Assembly (NCBI GenBank): GCA_964016885.1
Contig: OZ024740.1
Span: 429,784,001-429,848,000, forward strand
Source of the DNA: Eledone cirrhosa
Taxonomy: Eukaryota
DNA length: 64,000 bases
Direction of reading: 5' to 3'
The notes under the pieces were generated by a model, which ran no database searches, had not been told where the DNA came from, and saw only the letters and a list, made by a program, of their open reading frames with translations. Position numbers and translations under genes: made by a program. Below are positions 31,101 through 46,200 of the stretch, piece after piece; position 1 is the stretch's first letter, and every line of letters begins with the position of its first letter.

Positions 31101-34100
31101 ATTATTCTAAATAACAACCTAATATTACTACCTATATCATTACTGTTATATTATTCTAAATAACAACCTAATATTACTACCTATATCATTACTGTTATAT
31201 TATTTTAAATAACAATCTAATATTACTACCTATATCATTACTGTTATATTATTCTAAATAACAACCTAATATTACTACCTATATCATTACAGTTATATTA
31301 TTCTAAATAACAACCTAATATTACAAGCTATATCATTACTGTTATATTATTCTAAATAACAACCTAATATTACAACCTATATCATTACTGTTATATTATT
31401 CTAAATAACAACCTAATATTACTTCCTATATCATTACTGTTATATTATTCTAAATAACAACCTAATATTACTAACTATATCATTACTGTTATATTATTTT
31501 AAATAACCTAATATTACTACCTATATCATTACTGTTATATGATTCGAAATAACAACCTAATATTACTATCTATATCATTACTGTTATATTATTTTAAATA
31601 ACAACCTAAAATTACTACCTATATCATTACTGTTATATTATTCTAAATAACAACCTAATATTGCTACCTATATTATTACTGTTATATTATTCTAAATAAC
31701 AACCTAATATTACTACCTATATCATTACTGTTATATTATTCTAAATAACAACCTAATATTACTACCTATATCATTACTGTTATATTATTTTAAATAACAA
31801 CCTAATATTACTACCTATATCATTACTGTTATATTATTCTAAATAACAACCTAATATTACTACCTATATCATTACTGTTATATTATTTTAAATAACAACC
31901 TAATATTACTACCTATATCATTACTGTTATATTATTATAAATAACAACCTAATATTACTACCTATATCATTACTTTTATATTATTCTAAATAACAACCTA
32001 ATATTTCTACCTATATCATTACTGTTATATTATTCTAAATAACAACCTAATATTACTACCTATATCATTACTGTTATATTATTTTAAATAACAACCTAAT
32101 ATTACTACCTATATCATTACTGTTATATTATTCTAAATAACAACCTAATATTACTACCTATATCATTACTGTTATATTATTCTAAATAACAACCTAATAT
32201 TACTACCTATATCATTACTGTTATATTATTTTAAATAACAACCTAATATTACTACCTATATCATTACTGTTATATTATTCTAAATAACAACCTAATATTA
32301 CTACCTATATCATTACTGTTATATTATTCTAAATAACAACCTAATATTACTACCTATATCATTACTGTTATATTATTCTAAATAATAACCTCATATTACT
32401 ACCTATATCATTACTGTTATATTATTTTAAATAACAACCTAATATTACTACCTATATCATTACTGTTATATTATTCTAAATAACAACCTAATATTACTAC
32501 CTATATCATTACTGTTATATTATTCTAAATAACAACCTAATATTACTACCTATATCATTACTGTTATATTATTTTAAATAACAATCTAATATTACTACCT
32601 ATATCATTACTGTTATATTATTCTAAATAACAACCTAATATTACTACCTATATCATTACAGTTATATTATTCTAAATAACAACCTAATATTACAAGCTAT
32701 ATCATTACTGTTATATTATTCTAAATAACAACCTAATATTACAACCTATATCATTACTGTTATATTATTCTAAATAACAACCTAATATTACTTCCTATAT
32801 CATTACTGTTATATTATTCTAAATAACAACCTAATATTACTACCTATATCATTACTGTTATATTATTTTAAATAACCTAATATTACTACCTATATCATTA
32901 CTGTTATATTATTCGAAATAACAACCTAATATTACTATCTATATCATTACTGTTATATTATTTTAAATAACAACCTAAAATTACTACCTATATCATTACT
33001 GTTATATTATTCTAAATAACAACCTAATATTACTACCTATATTATTACTGTTATATTATTCTAAATAACAACCTAATATTACTACCTATATCATTACTGT
33101 TATATTATTCTAAATAACAACCTAATATTACTACCTATATCATTACTGTTATATTATTCTAAATAACAACCTAATATTACTACCTATATCATTACTGTTA
33201 TATTATTCTAAATAACAACCTAATATTACTACCTATATCATTACTGTTATATTATTCTAAATAACAACCTAATATTACTACCTATATAATTACTGTTATA
33301 TAATTTTAAATAACAACCTAATATTACTACCTATATCATTACTGTTATATTATTCTAAATAACAACCTAATATTACAACCTATATCATTACTGTTATATT
33401 ATTCTAAATAACAACCTAATATTACAACCTATATCATTACTGTTATATTATTCTAAATAACAACCTAATATTACAACCTATATCATTACTGTTATATTAT
33501 TCTAAATAACAACCTAATATTACTACCTATATCATTACTGTTATATTATTCAAAATAACAACATTATATTGCTACCTATATCATTACTGTTATATTATTC
33601 TAAATAACATCCTAATATTACTACCTATATCATTACTGTTATATTATTCTAAATAACAACCTAATATTACTACCTATATCATTACTGTTATATTATTCTA
33701 AATAATAACCTAATATTACTACCTATATCATTACTGTTATATTATTCTAAATAACAACCTAATATTACTACCTATATCATTACTGTTATATTATTCTAAA
33801 CAACAACCTAATATTACTACCTATATCATTACTGTTATATTATTCTAAATAACAACCTAATATTACTACCTATATCATTACTGTTATATTATATTAAATA
33901 ACAACCTAATATTACTGCCTATATCATTACTGTTATATTATTCTAAATAACAACCTAATATTACTACCTATATCATTACTGTTATATTATTCTAAATAAC
34001 AACCTAATATTACTACCTATATCATTACTGTTATATTATTCTAAATAACAACCTAATATTACAACCTATATCATTACTGTTATATTATTCTAAATAACAA

Positions 34101-37100
34101 CCTAATATTACTACCTATATCATTACTGTTATATTATTTTAAATAACAACCTAATATAACTACCTATATCATTACTGTTATATTATTCTAAATAACAACC
34201 TAATATTACTACCTATATCATTACTGTTATATTATTCTAAATAATAACCTAATATTACTACTTATATCATTACTGTTATATTATTCTAAATAACAACCTA
34301 ATATTACTACCTATATCATTACTGTTATATTATTCTAAATAACAACCTAATATTACTACCTATATCATTACTGTTATATTATTTTAAATAACAACCTAAT
34401 ATTACTACCTATATCATTACTGTTATATTATTATAAATAACAACCTAATATTACTACCTATATCATTACTGTTATATTATTCTAAATAACAACCTAATAT
34501 TACTACCTATATCATTACTGTTATATTATTCTAAATAAAAACCTAATATTACTACCTATATCATTACTGTTATATTATTTTAAATAACAACCTAATATTA
34601 CTACCTATATCATTACTGTTATATTATTCAAAATAACAACCTAATATTACTACCTATATCATTACTGTTATATTATTCTAAATAACAACCTAATATTACT
34701 ACCTATATCATTACTGTTATATTATTTTAAATAACAACCTAATATTACTACCTATATCATTACTGTTATATTATTCTAAATAACAACCTAATATTACTAC
34801 CTATATCATTACTGTTATATTATTCTAAATAACAACCTAATATTACTACCTATATCATTACTGTTATATTATTCTAAATAACAACCTAATATTACTACCT
34901 ATATCATTACTGTTATATTATTTTAAATAACAACCTAATATTACTACCTATATCATTACTGTTATATTATTCTAAATAACAACCTAATATTACTACCTAT
35001 ATCATTACTGTTATATTATTCTAAATAACAACCTAATATTACTACCTATATCATTACTATTATATTATTCTAAATAACAACCTAATATTACTACCTATAT
35101 CATTACTGTTATATTATTCTAAATAACAACCTAATATTACTACCTATATCATTACTGTTATATTATTCTAAATAACAACCTAATATTACAACCTATATCA
35201 TTACTGTTATATTATTCTAAATAACAACCTAATATTACAACCTATATCATTACTGTTATATTATTCTAAATAACAACCTAATATTACAACCTATATCATT
35301 ACTGTTATATTATTCTAAATAACAACCTAATATTACTACCTATATCATTACTGTTATATTATTCAAAATAACAACCAAATATTACTACCTATATCATTAC
35401 TGTTATATTATTCTAAATAACAACCTAATATTACTACCTATATTATTACTGTTATATTATTCTAAATAACAAACTAATATTACTACCTATATCATTACTG
35501 TTATATTATTTTAAATAACAACCTAATATTACTACCTATATCATTACTGTTATATTATTCTAAATAACAACCTAATATTACTACCTATATCATTACTGTT
35601 ATATTATTCTAAATAACAACCTAATATTACTACCTATATCATTACTGTTATATTATTCTAAATAACAACCTAATATTACTACCTATATCATTACTGTTAT
35701 ATTATTCTAAATAATAACCTAATATTACTACCTATATCATTACTGTTATATTATTCTAAATAACAACCTAATATTACTACCTATATCATTACTGTTATAT
35801 TATTCTAAACAACAACCTAATATTACTACCTATATCATTACTGTTATATTATTCTAAATAACAACCTAATATTACTACCTATATCATTACTGTTATATTA
35901 TTCTAAATAACAACCTAATATTACTACCTATATCATTACTGTTATATTATTCTAAATAATAACCTAATATTACTACCTATATCATTACTGTTATATTATT
36001 CTAAATAACAACCTAATATTACTACCTATATCATTACTGTTATATTATTCTAAACAACAACCTAATATTACTACCTATATCATTACTGTTATATTATTCT
36101 AAATAACAACCTAATATTACTACCTATATCATTACTGTTATATTATTCTAAACAACAACCTAATATTACTACCTATATCATTACTGTTATATTATTCTAA
36201 ATAACAACCTAATATTACTACCTATATCATTACTGTTATATTATTTTAAATAACAACCTAATATTACTACGTATATCATTACTGTTATATTATTCTAAAC
36301 AACAACCTAATATTACTACCTATATCATTACTGTTATATTATTCTAAATAACAACCTAATATTACTACCTATATCATTACTGTTATATTATTCTAAATAA
36401 CAACCTAATATTACTACCTATATCATTACTGTTATATTATTCTAAATAATAACCTAATATTACTACCTATATCATTACTGTTATATTATTCTAAATAACA
36501 ACCTAATATTACTACCTATATCATTACTGTTATATTATTCTAAACAACAACCTAATATTACTACCTATATCATTACTGTTATATTATTCTAAATAACAAC
36601 CTAATATTACTACCTATATCATTACTGTTATATTATTCTAAACAACAACCTAATATTACTACCTATATCATTACTGTTATATTATTCTAAATAACAACCT
36701 AATATTACTACCTATATCATTACTGTTATATTATTTTAAATAACAACCTAATATTACTACCTATATCATTACTTTTATATTATTCTAAATAACAACCTAA
36801 TATTACTACCTATATCATTACTGTTATATTATTCTAAATAATAACCTAATATTACTACCTATATCATTACTGTTATATTATTCTAAATAACAACCTAATA
36901 TTACTACCTATATCATTACTGTTATATTATTCTAAATAACAACCTAATATTACTACCTATATCATTACTGTTATATTATTCTAAACAACAACCTAATATT
37001 ACTACCTATATCATTACTGTTATATTATTCTAAATAACAACCTAATATTACTACCTATATCATTACTGTTATATTATTTTAAATAACAACCTAATATTAC

Positions 37101-37724
37101 TACCTATATCATTACTGTTATATTATTCTAAATAACAACCTAATATTACTACCTATATCATTACTGTTATATTATTCTAAATAATAACCTAATATTACTA
37201 CCTATATCATTACTGTTATATTATTCTAAATAACAACCTAATATTACTACCTATATCATTACTGTTATATTATTCTAAATAACAACCTAATATTACTACC
37301 TATATCATTACTGTTATATTATTTTAAATAACAACCTAATATTACTACCTATATCATTACTGTTATATTATTATAAATAACAACCTAATATTACTACCTA
37401 TATCATTACTGTTATATTATTCTAAATAACAACCTAATATTACTACCTATATCATTACTGTTATATTATTCTAAATAACAACCTAATATTACTACCTATA
37501 TCATTACTGTTATATTATTCTAAATAACAACCTAATATTACTACCTATATCATTACTGTTATATTATTCTAAATAACAACCTAATATTACTACCTATATC
37601 ATTACTGTTATATTATTCTAAATAACAACCTAATATTACTACCTATATCATTACTGTTATATTATTCTAAATAACAACCTAATATTACTACCTATATCAT
37701 TACTGTTATATTATTTTAAATAAC

Positions 37725-37910
37725 TGTTTCTACTTTAGGCACAAGGCCAGCAATTACCCAGTGCATTACTGGTACTTTATTTTATCTACCCCGTAAGGAG
37801 GAACGGCAAAGTCAACCTCGGCAGGATTTGAACTCAGATCGTAAAGGGACGTAACTATGCTGGAAAGCATGGCGTCCGACCCTCTACCGATACTGCCAAT
37901 CCACCGCCCT
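37725..37910 (-). mobile_element. tRNA-derived SINE-like retroposon, copy 3 (3 substitutions relative to copies 1 and 2)
   Basis: 186 bp with the same junctions. It differs at 37800 (T>G), 37804 (A>C) and 37904 (A>C). The 19-bp duplication is intact at 37706-37724 and 37911-37929. Confidence 0.88.
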
Positions 37911-37995
37911 TTATATTATTTTAAATAACAACCTAATATTACTACCTATATCATTACTGTTATATTATTCTAAATAACAACCTAATATTACTACC

Positions 37996-38039
37996 TAATA
38001 TAACAGTAATGATATAGGTAGTAATATTAGGTTGTTATT
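37996..38039 (-). repeat. 44-bp inverted satellite fragment, copy 3
   Basis: Identical to 7887-7930 and the same distance from the SINE. Confidence 0.95.
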
Positions 38040-41000
38040 ACTGTTATATTATTCTAAATAACAACCTAATATTACTACCTATATCATTACTGTTATATTA
38101 TTCTAAATAACAACCTAATATTACTACCTATATAATTACTGTTATATTATTTTAAATAACAACCTAATATTACTAACTATATCATTTCTGTTATATTATT
38201 CTAAATAACAACCTAATATTACAACCTATATCATTACTGTTATATTATTCTAAATAACAACCTAATATTACAACCTATATCATTACTGTTATATTATTCT
38301 AAATAACAACCTAATATTACAACCTATATCATTACTGTTATATTATTCTAAATAACAACCTAATATTACTACCTATATCATTACTGTTATATTATTCAAA
38401 ATAACAACCAAATATTACTACCTATATCATTACTGTTATATTATTCTAAATAACAACCTAATATTACTACCTATATTATTACTGTTATATTATTCTAAAT
38501 AACAACCTAATATTACTACCTATATCATTACTGTTATATTATTCTAAATAACAACCTAATATTACTACCTATATCATTACTGTTATATTATTCTAAATAA
38601 CAACCTAATATTACTACCTATATCATTACTGTTATATTATTTTAAATAACAACCTAATATTACTACCTATATCATTACTGTTATATTATTCTAAATAACA
38701 ACCTAATATTACTACCTATATCATTACTGTTATATTATTCTAAAGAACAACCTAATATTACAACCTATATCATTACTGTTATATTATTCTAAATAACAAC
38801 CTAATATTACAACCTATATCATTATTGTTATATTATTCTAAATAACAACATAATATTACAACCTATATCATTACTGTTATATTATTCTAAATAACAACCT
38901 AATATTACTACCTATATCATTACTGTTATATTATTTTAAATAACCTAATATTACTACCTATATCATTACTGTTATATTATTCGAAATAACAACCTAATAT
39001 TACTACCTATATCATTACTGTTATATTATTTTAAATAACAACCTAAAATTACTACCTATATCATTACTGTTATATTATTCTAAATAACAACCTAATATTA
39101 CTACCTATATTATTACTGTTATATTATTCTAAATAACAACCTAATATTACTACCTATATCATTACTGTTATATTATTTTAAATAACAACCTAATATTACT
39201 ACCTATATCATTACTGTTATATTATTCTAAATAACAACCTAATATTACTACCTATATCATTACTGTTATATTATTCTAAATAACAACCTAATATTACTAC
39301 CTATATAATTACTGTTATATTATTTTAAATAACAACCTAATATTACTACCTATATCATTACTGTTATATTATTCTAAATAACAACCTAATATTACAACCT
39401 ATATCATTACTGTTATATTATTCTAAATAACAACCTAATATTACAACCTATATCATTACTGTTATATTATTCTAAATAACAACCTAATATTACAACCTAT
39501 ATCATTACTGTTATATTATTCTAAATAACAACCTAATATTACTACCTATATCATTACTGTTATATTATTCAAAATAACAACCAAATATTACTATCTATAT
39601 CATTACTGTTATATTATTCTAAATAACAACCTAATATTACTACCTATATTATTACTGTTATATTATTCTAAATAACAACCTAATATTACTACCTATATCA
39701 TTACTGTTATATTATTTTAAATAACAACCTAATATTACTACCTATATCATTACTGTTATATTATTCTAAATAACAACCTAATATTACTACCTATATCATT
39801 ACTGTTATATTATTCTAAATAACAACCTAATATTACTACCTATATCATTACTGTTATATTATTCTAAATAACAACCTAATATTACTACCTATATCATTAC
39901 TGTTATTTTATTCTAAATAATAACCTAATATTACTACCTATATCATTACTGTTATATTATTCTAAATAACAACCTAATATTACTACCTATATCATTACTG
40001 TTATATTATTCTAAACAACAACCTAATATTACTACCTATATCATTACTGTTATATTATTCTAAATAACAACCTAATATTACTACCTATATCATTACTGTT
40101 ATATTATTCTAAACAACAACCTAATATTACTACCTATATCATTACTGTTATATTATTCTAAATAACAACCTAATATTACTACCCATATCATTACTGTTAT
40201 ATTATTTTAAATAACAACCTAATATTTCTACCTATATCATTACTGTTATATTATTCTAAATAACAACCTAATATTACTACCTATATCATTACTGTTATAT
40301 TATTTTAAATAACAACCTAATATTACTACCTATATCATTACTGTTATATTATTCTAAATAACAACCTAATATTACTACCTATATCATTACTGTTATATTA
40401 TTCTAAATAATAACCTAATATTACTACCTATATCATTACTGTTATATTATTCTAAATAACAACCTAATATTACTACCTATATCATTACTGTTATATTATT
40501 CTAAATAACAACCTAATATTACTACCTATATCATTACTGTTATATTATTCTAAAGAACAACCTAATATTACTACCTATATCATTACTGTTATATTATTCT
40601 AAAGAACAACCTAATATTACAACCTATATCATTACTGTTATATTATTCTAAATAACAACCTAATATTACAACCTATATCATTATTGTTATATTATTCTAA
40701 ATAACAACATAATATTACAACCTATATCATTACTGTTATATTATTCTAAATAACAACCTAATATTACTACCTATATTATTACTGTTATATTATTCTAAAT
40801 AACAACCTAATATTACTACCTATATCATTACTGTTATATTATTTTAAATAACAACCTAATATTACTACCTATATCATTACTGTTATATTATTCTAAATAA
40901 CAACCTAATATTAGTACCTATATCATTACTGTTATATTATTCTAAATAACAACCTAATATTACTACCTATATAATTACTGTTATATTATTTTAAATAACA

Positions 41001-44000
41001 ACCTAATATTACTACCTATATCATTACTGTTATATTATTCTAAATAACAACCTAATATTACAACCTATATCATTACTGTTATATTATTCTAAATAACAAC
41101 CTAATATTACAACCTATATCATTACTGTTATATTATTCTAAATAACAACCTAATATTACAACCTATATCATTACTGTTATATTATTCTAAATAACAACCT
41201 AATATTACTACCTATATCATTACTGTTATATTATTCAAAATAACAACCAAATATTACTATCTATATCATTACTGTTATATTATTCTAAATAACAACCTAA
41301 TATTACTACCTATATTATTACTGTTATATTATTCTAAATAACAACCTAATATTACTACCTATATCATTACTGTTATATTATTTTAAATAACAACCTAATA
41401 TTACTACCTATATCATTACTGTTATATTATTCTAAATAACAACCTAATATTACTACCTATATCATTACTGTTATATTATTCTAAATAACAACCTAATATT
41501 ACTACCTATATCATTACTGTTATATTATTCTAAATAACAACCTAATATTACTACCTATATCATTACTGTTATTTTATTCTAAATAATAACCTAATATTAC
41601 TACCTATATCATTACTGTTATATTATTCTAAATAACAACCTAATATTACTACCTATATCATTACTGTTATATTATTCTAAACAACAACCTAATATTACTA
41701 CCTATATCATTACTGTTATATTATTCTAAATAACAACCTAATATTACTACCTATATCATTACTGTTATATTATTCTAAACAACAACCTAATATTACTACC
41801 TATATCATTACTGTTATATTATTCTAAATAACAACCTAATATTACTACCTATATCATTACTGTTATATTATTTTAAATAACAACCTAATATTTCTACCTA
41901 TATCATTACTGTTATATTATTCTAAATAACAACCTAATATTACTACCTATATCATTACTGTTATATTATTTTAAATAACAACCTAATATTACTACCTATA
42001 TCATTACTGTTATATTATTCTAAATAACAACCTAATATTACTACCTATATCATTACTGTTATATTATTCTAAATAATAACCTAATATTACTACCTATATC
42101 ATTACTGTTATATTATTCTAAATAACAACCTAATATTACTACCTATATCATTACTGTTATATTATTCTAAATAACAACCTAATATTACTACCTATATAAT
42201 TACTGTTATATTATTTTAAATAACAACCTAATATTACTAACTATATCATTTCTGTTATATTATTCTAAATAACAACCTAATATTACAACCTATATCATTA
42301 CTGTTATATTATTCTAAATAACAACCTAATATTACAACCTATATCATTACTGTTATATTATTCTAAATAACAACCTAATATTACAACCTATATCATTACT
42401 GTTATATTATTCTAAATAACAACCTAATATTACTACCTATATCATTACTGTTATATTATTCAAAATAACAACCAAATATTACTACCTATATCATTACTGT
42501 TATATTATTCTAAATAACAACCTAATATTACTACCTATATTATTACTGTTATATTATTCTAAATAACAACCTAATATTACTACCTATATCATTACTGTTA
42601 TATTATTCTAAATAACAACCTAATATTACTACCTATATCATTACTGTTATATTATTCTAAATAACAACCTAATATTACTACCTATATCATTACTGTTATA
42701 TTATTTTAAATAACAACCTAATATTACTACCTATATCATTACTGTTATATTATTCTAAATAACAACCTAATATTACTACCTATATCATTACTGTTATATT
42801 ATTCTAAAGAACAACCTAATATTACAACCTATATCATTACTGTTATATTATTCTAAATAACAACCTAATATTACAACCTATATCATTATTGTTATATTAT
42901 TCTAAATAACAACATAATATTACAACCTATATCATTACTGTTATATTATTCTAAATAACAACCTAATATTACTACCTATATCATTACTGTTATATTATTT
43001 TAAATAACCTAATATTACTACCTATATCATTACTGTTATATTATTCGAAATAACAACCTAATATTACTACCTATATCATTACTGTTATATTATTTTAAAT
43101 AACAACCTAAAATTACTACCTATATCATTACTGTTATATTATTCTAAATAACAACCTAATATTACTAACTATATTATTACTGTTATATTATTCTAAATAA
43201 CAACCTAATATTACTACCTATATCATTACTGTTATATTATTTTAAATAACAACCTAATATTACTACCTATATCATTACTGTTATATTATTCTAAATAACA
43301 ACCTAATATTACTACCTATATCATTACTGTTATATTATTCTAAATAACAACCTAATATTACTACCTATATAATTACTGTTATATTATTTTAAATAACAAC
43401 CTAATATTACTACCTATATCATTACTGTTATATTATTCTAAATAACAACCTAATATTACAACCTATATCATTACTGTTATATTATTCTAAATAACAACCT
43501 AATATTACAACCTATATCATTACTGTTATATTATTCTAAATAACAACCTAATATTACAACCTATATCATTACTGTTATATTATTCTAAATAACAACCTAA
43601 TATTACTACCTATATCATTACTGTTATATTATTCAAAATAACAACCAAATATTACTATCTATATCATTACTGTTATATTATTCTAAATAACAACCTAATA
43701 TTACTACCTATATTATTACTGTTATATTATTCTAAATAACAACCTAATATTACTACCTATATCATTACTGTTATATTATTTTAAATAACAACCTAATATT
43801 ACTACCTATATCATTACTGTTATATTATTCTAAATAACAACCTAATATTACTACCTATATCATTACTGTTATATTATTCTAAATAACAACCTAATATTAC
43901 TACCTATATCATTACTGTTATATTATTCTAAATAACAACCTAATATTACTACCTATATCATTACTGTTATTTTATTCTAAATAATAACCTAATATTACTA

Positions 44001-46200
44001 CCTATATCATTACTGTTATATTATTCTAAATAACAACCTAATATTACTACCTATATCATTACTGTTATATTATTCTAAACAACAACCTAATATTACTACC
44101 TATATCACTACTGTTATATTATTCTAAATAACAACCTAATATTACTACCTATATCATTACTGTTATATTATTCTAAACAACAACCTAATATTACTACCTA
44201 TATCATTACTGTTATATTATTCTAAATAACAACCTAATATTACTACCCATATCATTACTGTTATATTATTTTAAATAACAACCTAATATTTCTACCTATA
44301 TCATTACTGTTATATTATTCTAAATAACAACCTAATATTACTACCTATATCATTACTGTTATATTATTTTAAATAACAACCTAATATTACTACCTATATC
44401 ATTACTGTTATATTATTCTAAATAACAACCTAATATTACTACCTATATCATTACTGTTATATTATTCTAAATAATAACCTAATATTACTACCTATATCAT
44501 TACTGTTATATTATTCTAAATAACAACCTAATATTACTACCTATATCATTACTGTTATATTATTCTAAATAACAACCTAATATTACTACCTATATCATTA
44601 CTGTTATATTATTCTAAAGAACAACCTAATATTACTACCTATATCATTACTGTTATATTATTCTAAAGAACAACCTAATATTACAACCTATATCATTACT
44701 GTTATATTATTCTAAATAACAACCTAATATTACAACCTATATCATTATTGTTATATTATTCTAAATAACAACATAATATTACAACCTATATCATTACTGT
44801 TATATTATTCTAAATAACAACCTAATATTACTACCTATATTATTACTGTTATATTATTCTAAATAACAACCTAATATTACTACCTATATCATTACTGTTA
44901 TATTATTTTAAATAACAACCTAATATTACTACCTATATCATTACTGTTATATTATTCTAAATAACAACCTAATATTACTACCTATATCATTACTGTTATA
45001 TTATTCTAAATAACAACCTAATATTACTACCTATATAATTACTGTTATATTATTTTAAATAACAACCTAATATTACTACCTATATCATTACTGTTATATT
45101 ATTCTAAATAACAACCTAATATTACAACCTATATCATTACTGTTATATTATTCTAAATAACAACCTAATATTACAACCTATATCATTACTGTTATATTAT
45201 TCTAAATAACAACCTAATATTACAACCTATATCATTACTGTTATATTATTCTAAATAACAACCTAATATTACTACCTATATCATTACTGTTATATTATTC
45301 AAAATAACAACCAAATATTACTATCTATATCATTACTGTTATATTATTCTAAATAACAACCTAATATTACTACCTATATTATTACTGTTATATTATTCTA
45401 AATAACAACCTAATATTACTACCTATATCATTACTGTTATATTATTTTAAATAACAACCTAATATTACTACCTATATCATTACTGTTATATTATTCTAAA
45501 TAACAACCTAATATTACTACCTATATCATTACTGTTATATTATTCTAAATAACAACCTAATATTACTACCTATATCATTACTGTTATATTATTCTAAATA
45601 ACAACCTAATATTACTACCTATATCATTACTGTTATTTTATTCTAAATAATAACCTAATATTACTACCTATATCATTACTGTTATATTATTCTAAATAAC
45701 AACCTAATATTACTACCTATATCATTACTGTTATATTATTCTAAACAACAACCTAATATTACTACCTATATCATTACTGTTATATTATTCTAAATAACAA
45801 CCTAATATTACTACCTATATCATTACTGTTATATTATTCTAAACAACAACCTAATATTACTACCTATATCATTACTGTTATATTATTCTAAATAACAACC
45901 TAATATTACTACCTATATCATTACTGTTATATTATTTTAAATAACAACCTAATATTTCTACCTATATCATTACTGTTATATTATTCTAAATAACAACCTA
46001 ATATTACTACCTATATCATTACTGTTATATGATTTTAAATAACAACCTAATATTACTACCTATATCATTACTGTTATATTATTCTAAATAACAACCTAAT
46101 ATTACTACCTATATCATTACTGTTATATTATTCTAAATAATAACCTAATATTACTACCTATATCATTACTGTTATATTATTCTAAATAACAACCTAATAT
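38040..46200 (+). repeat. 4,064-bp (83-monomer) tandem duplication; third copy at ~56750-60690; boundaries approximate
   Basis: CATTTCTG at 38187/42251 and ACCCATAT at 40184/44248 are both offset by 4064 (83x49-3). Twin AAAGAAC occurs at ~40555,40604 / ~44619,44668 / ~59122,59171. Confidence 0.85.
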
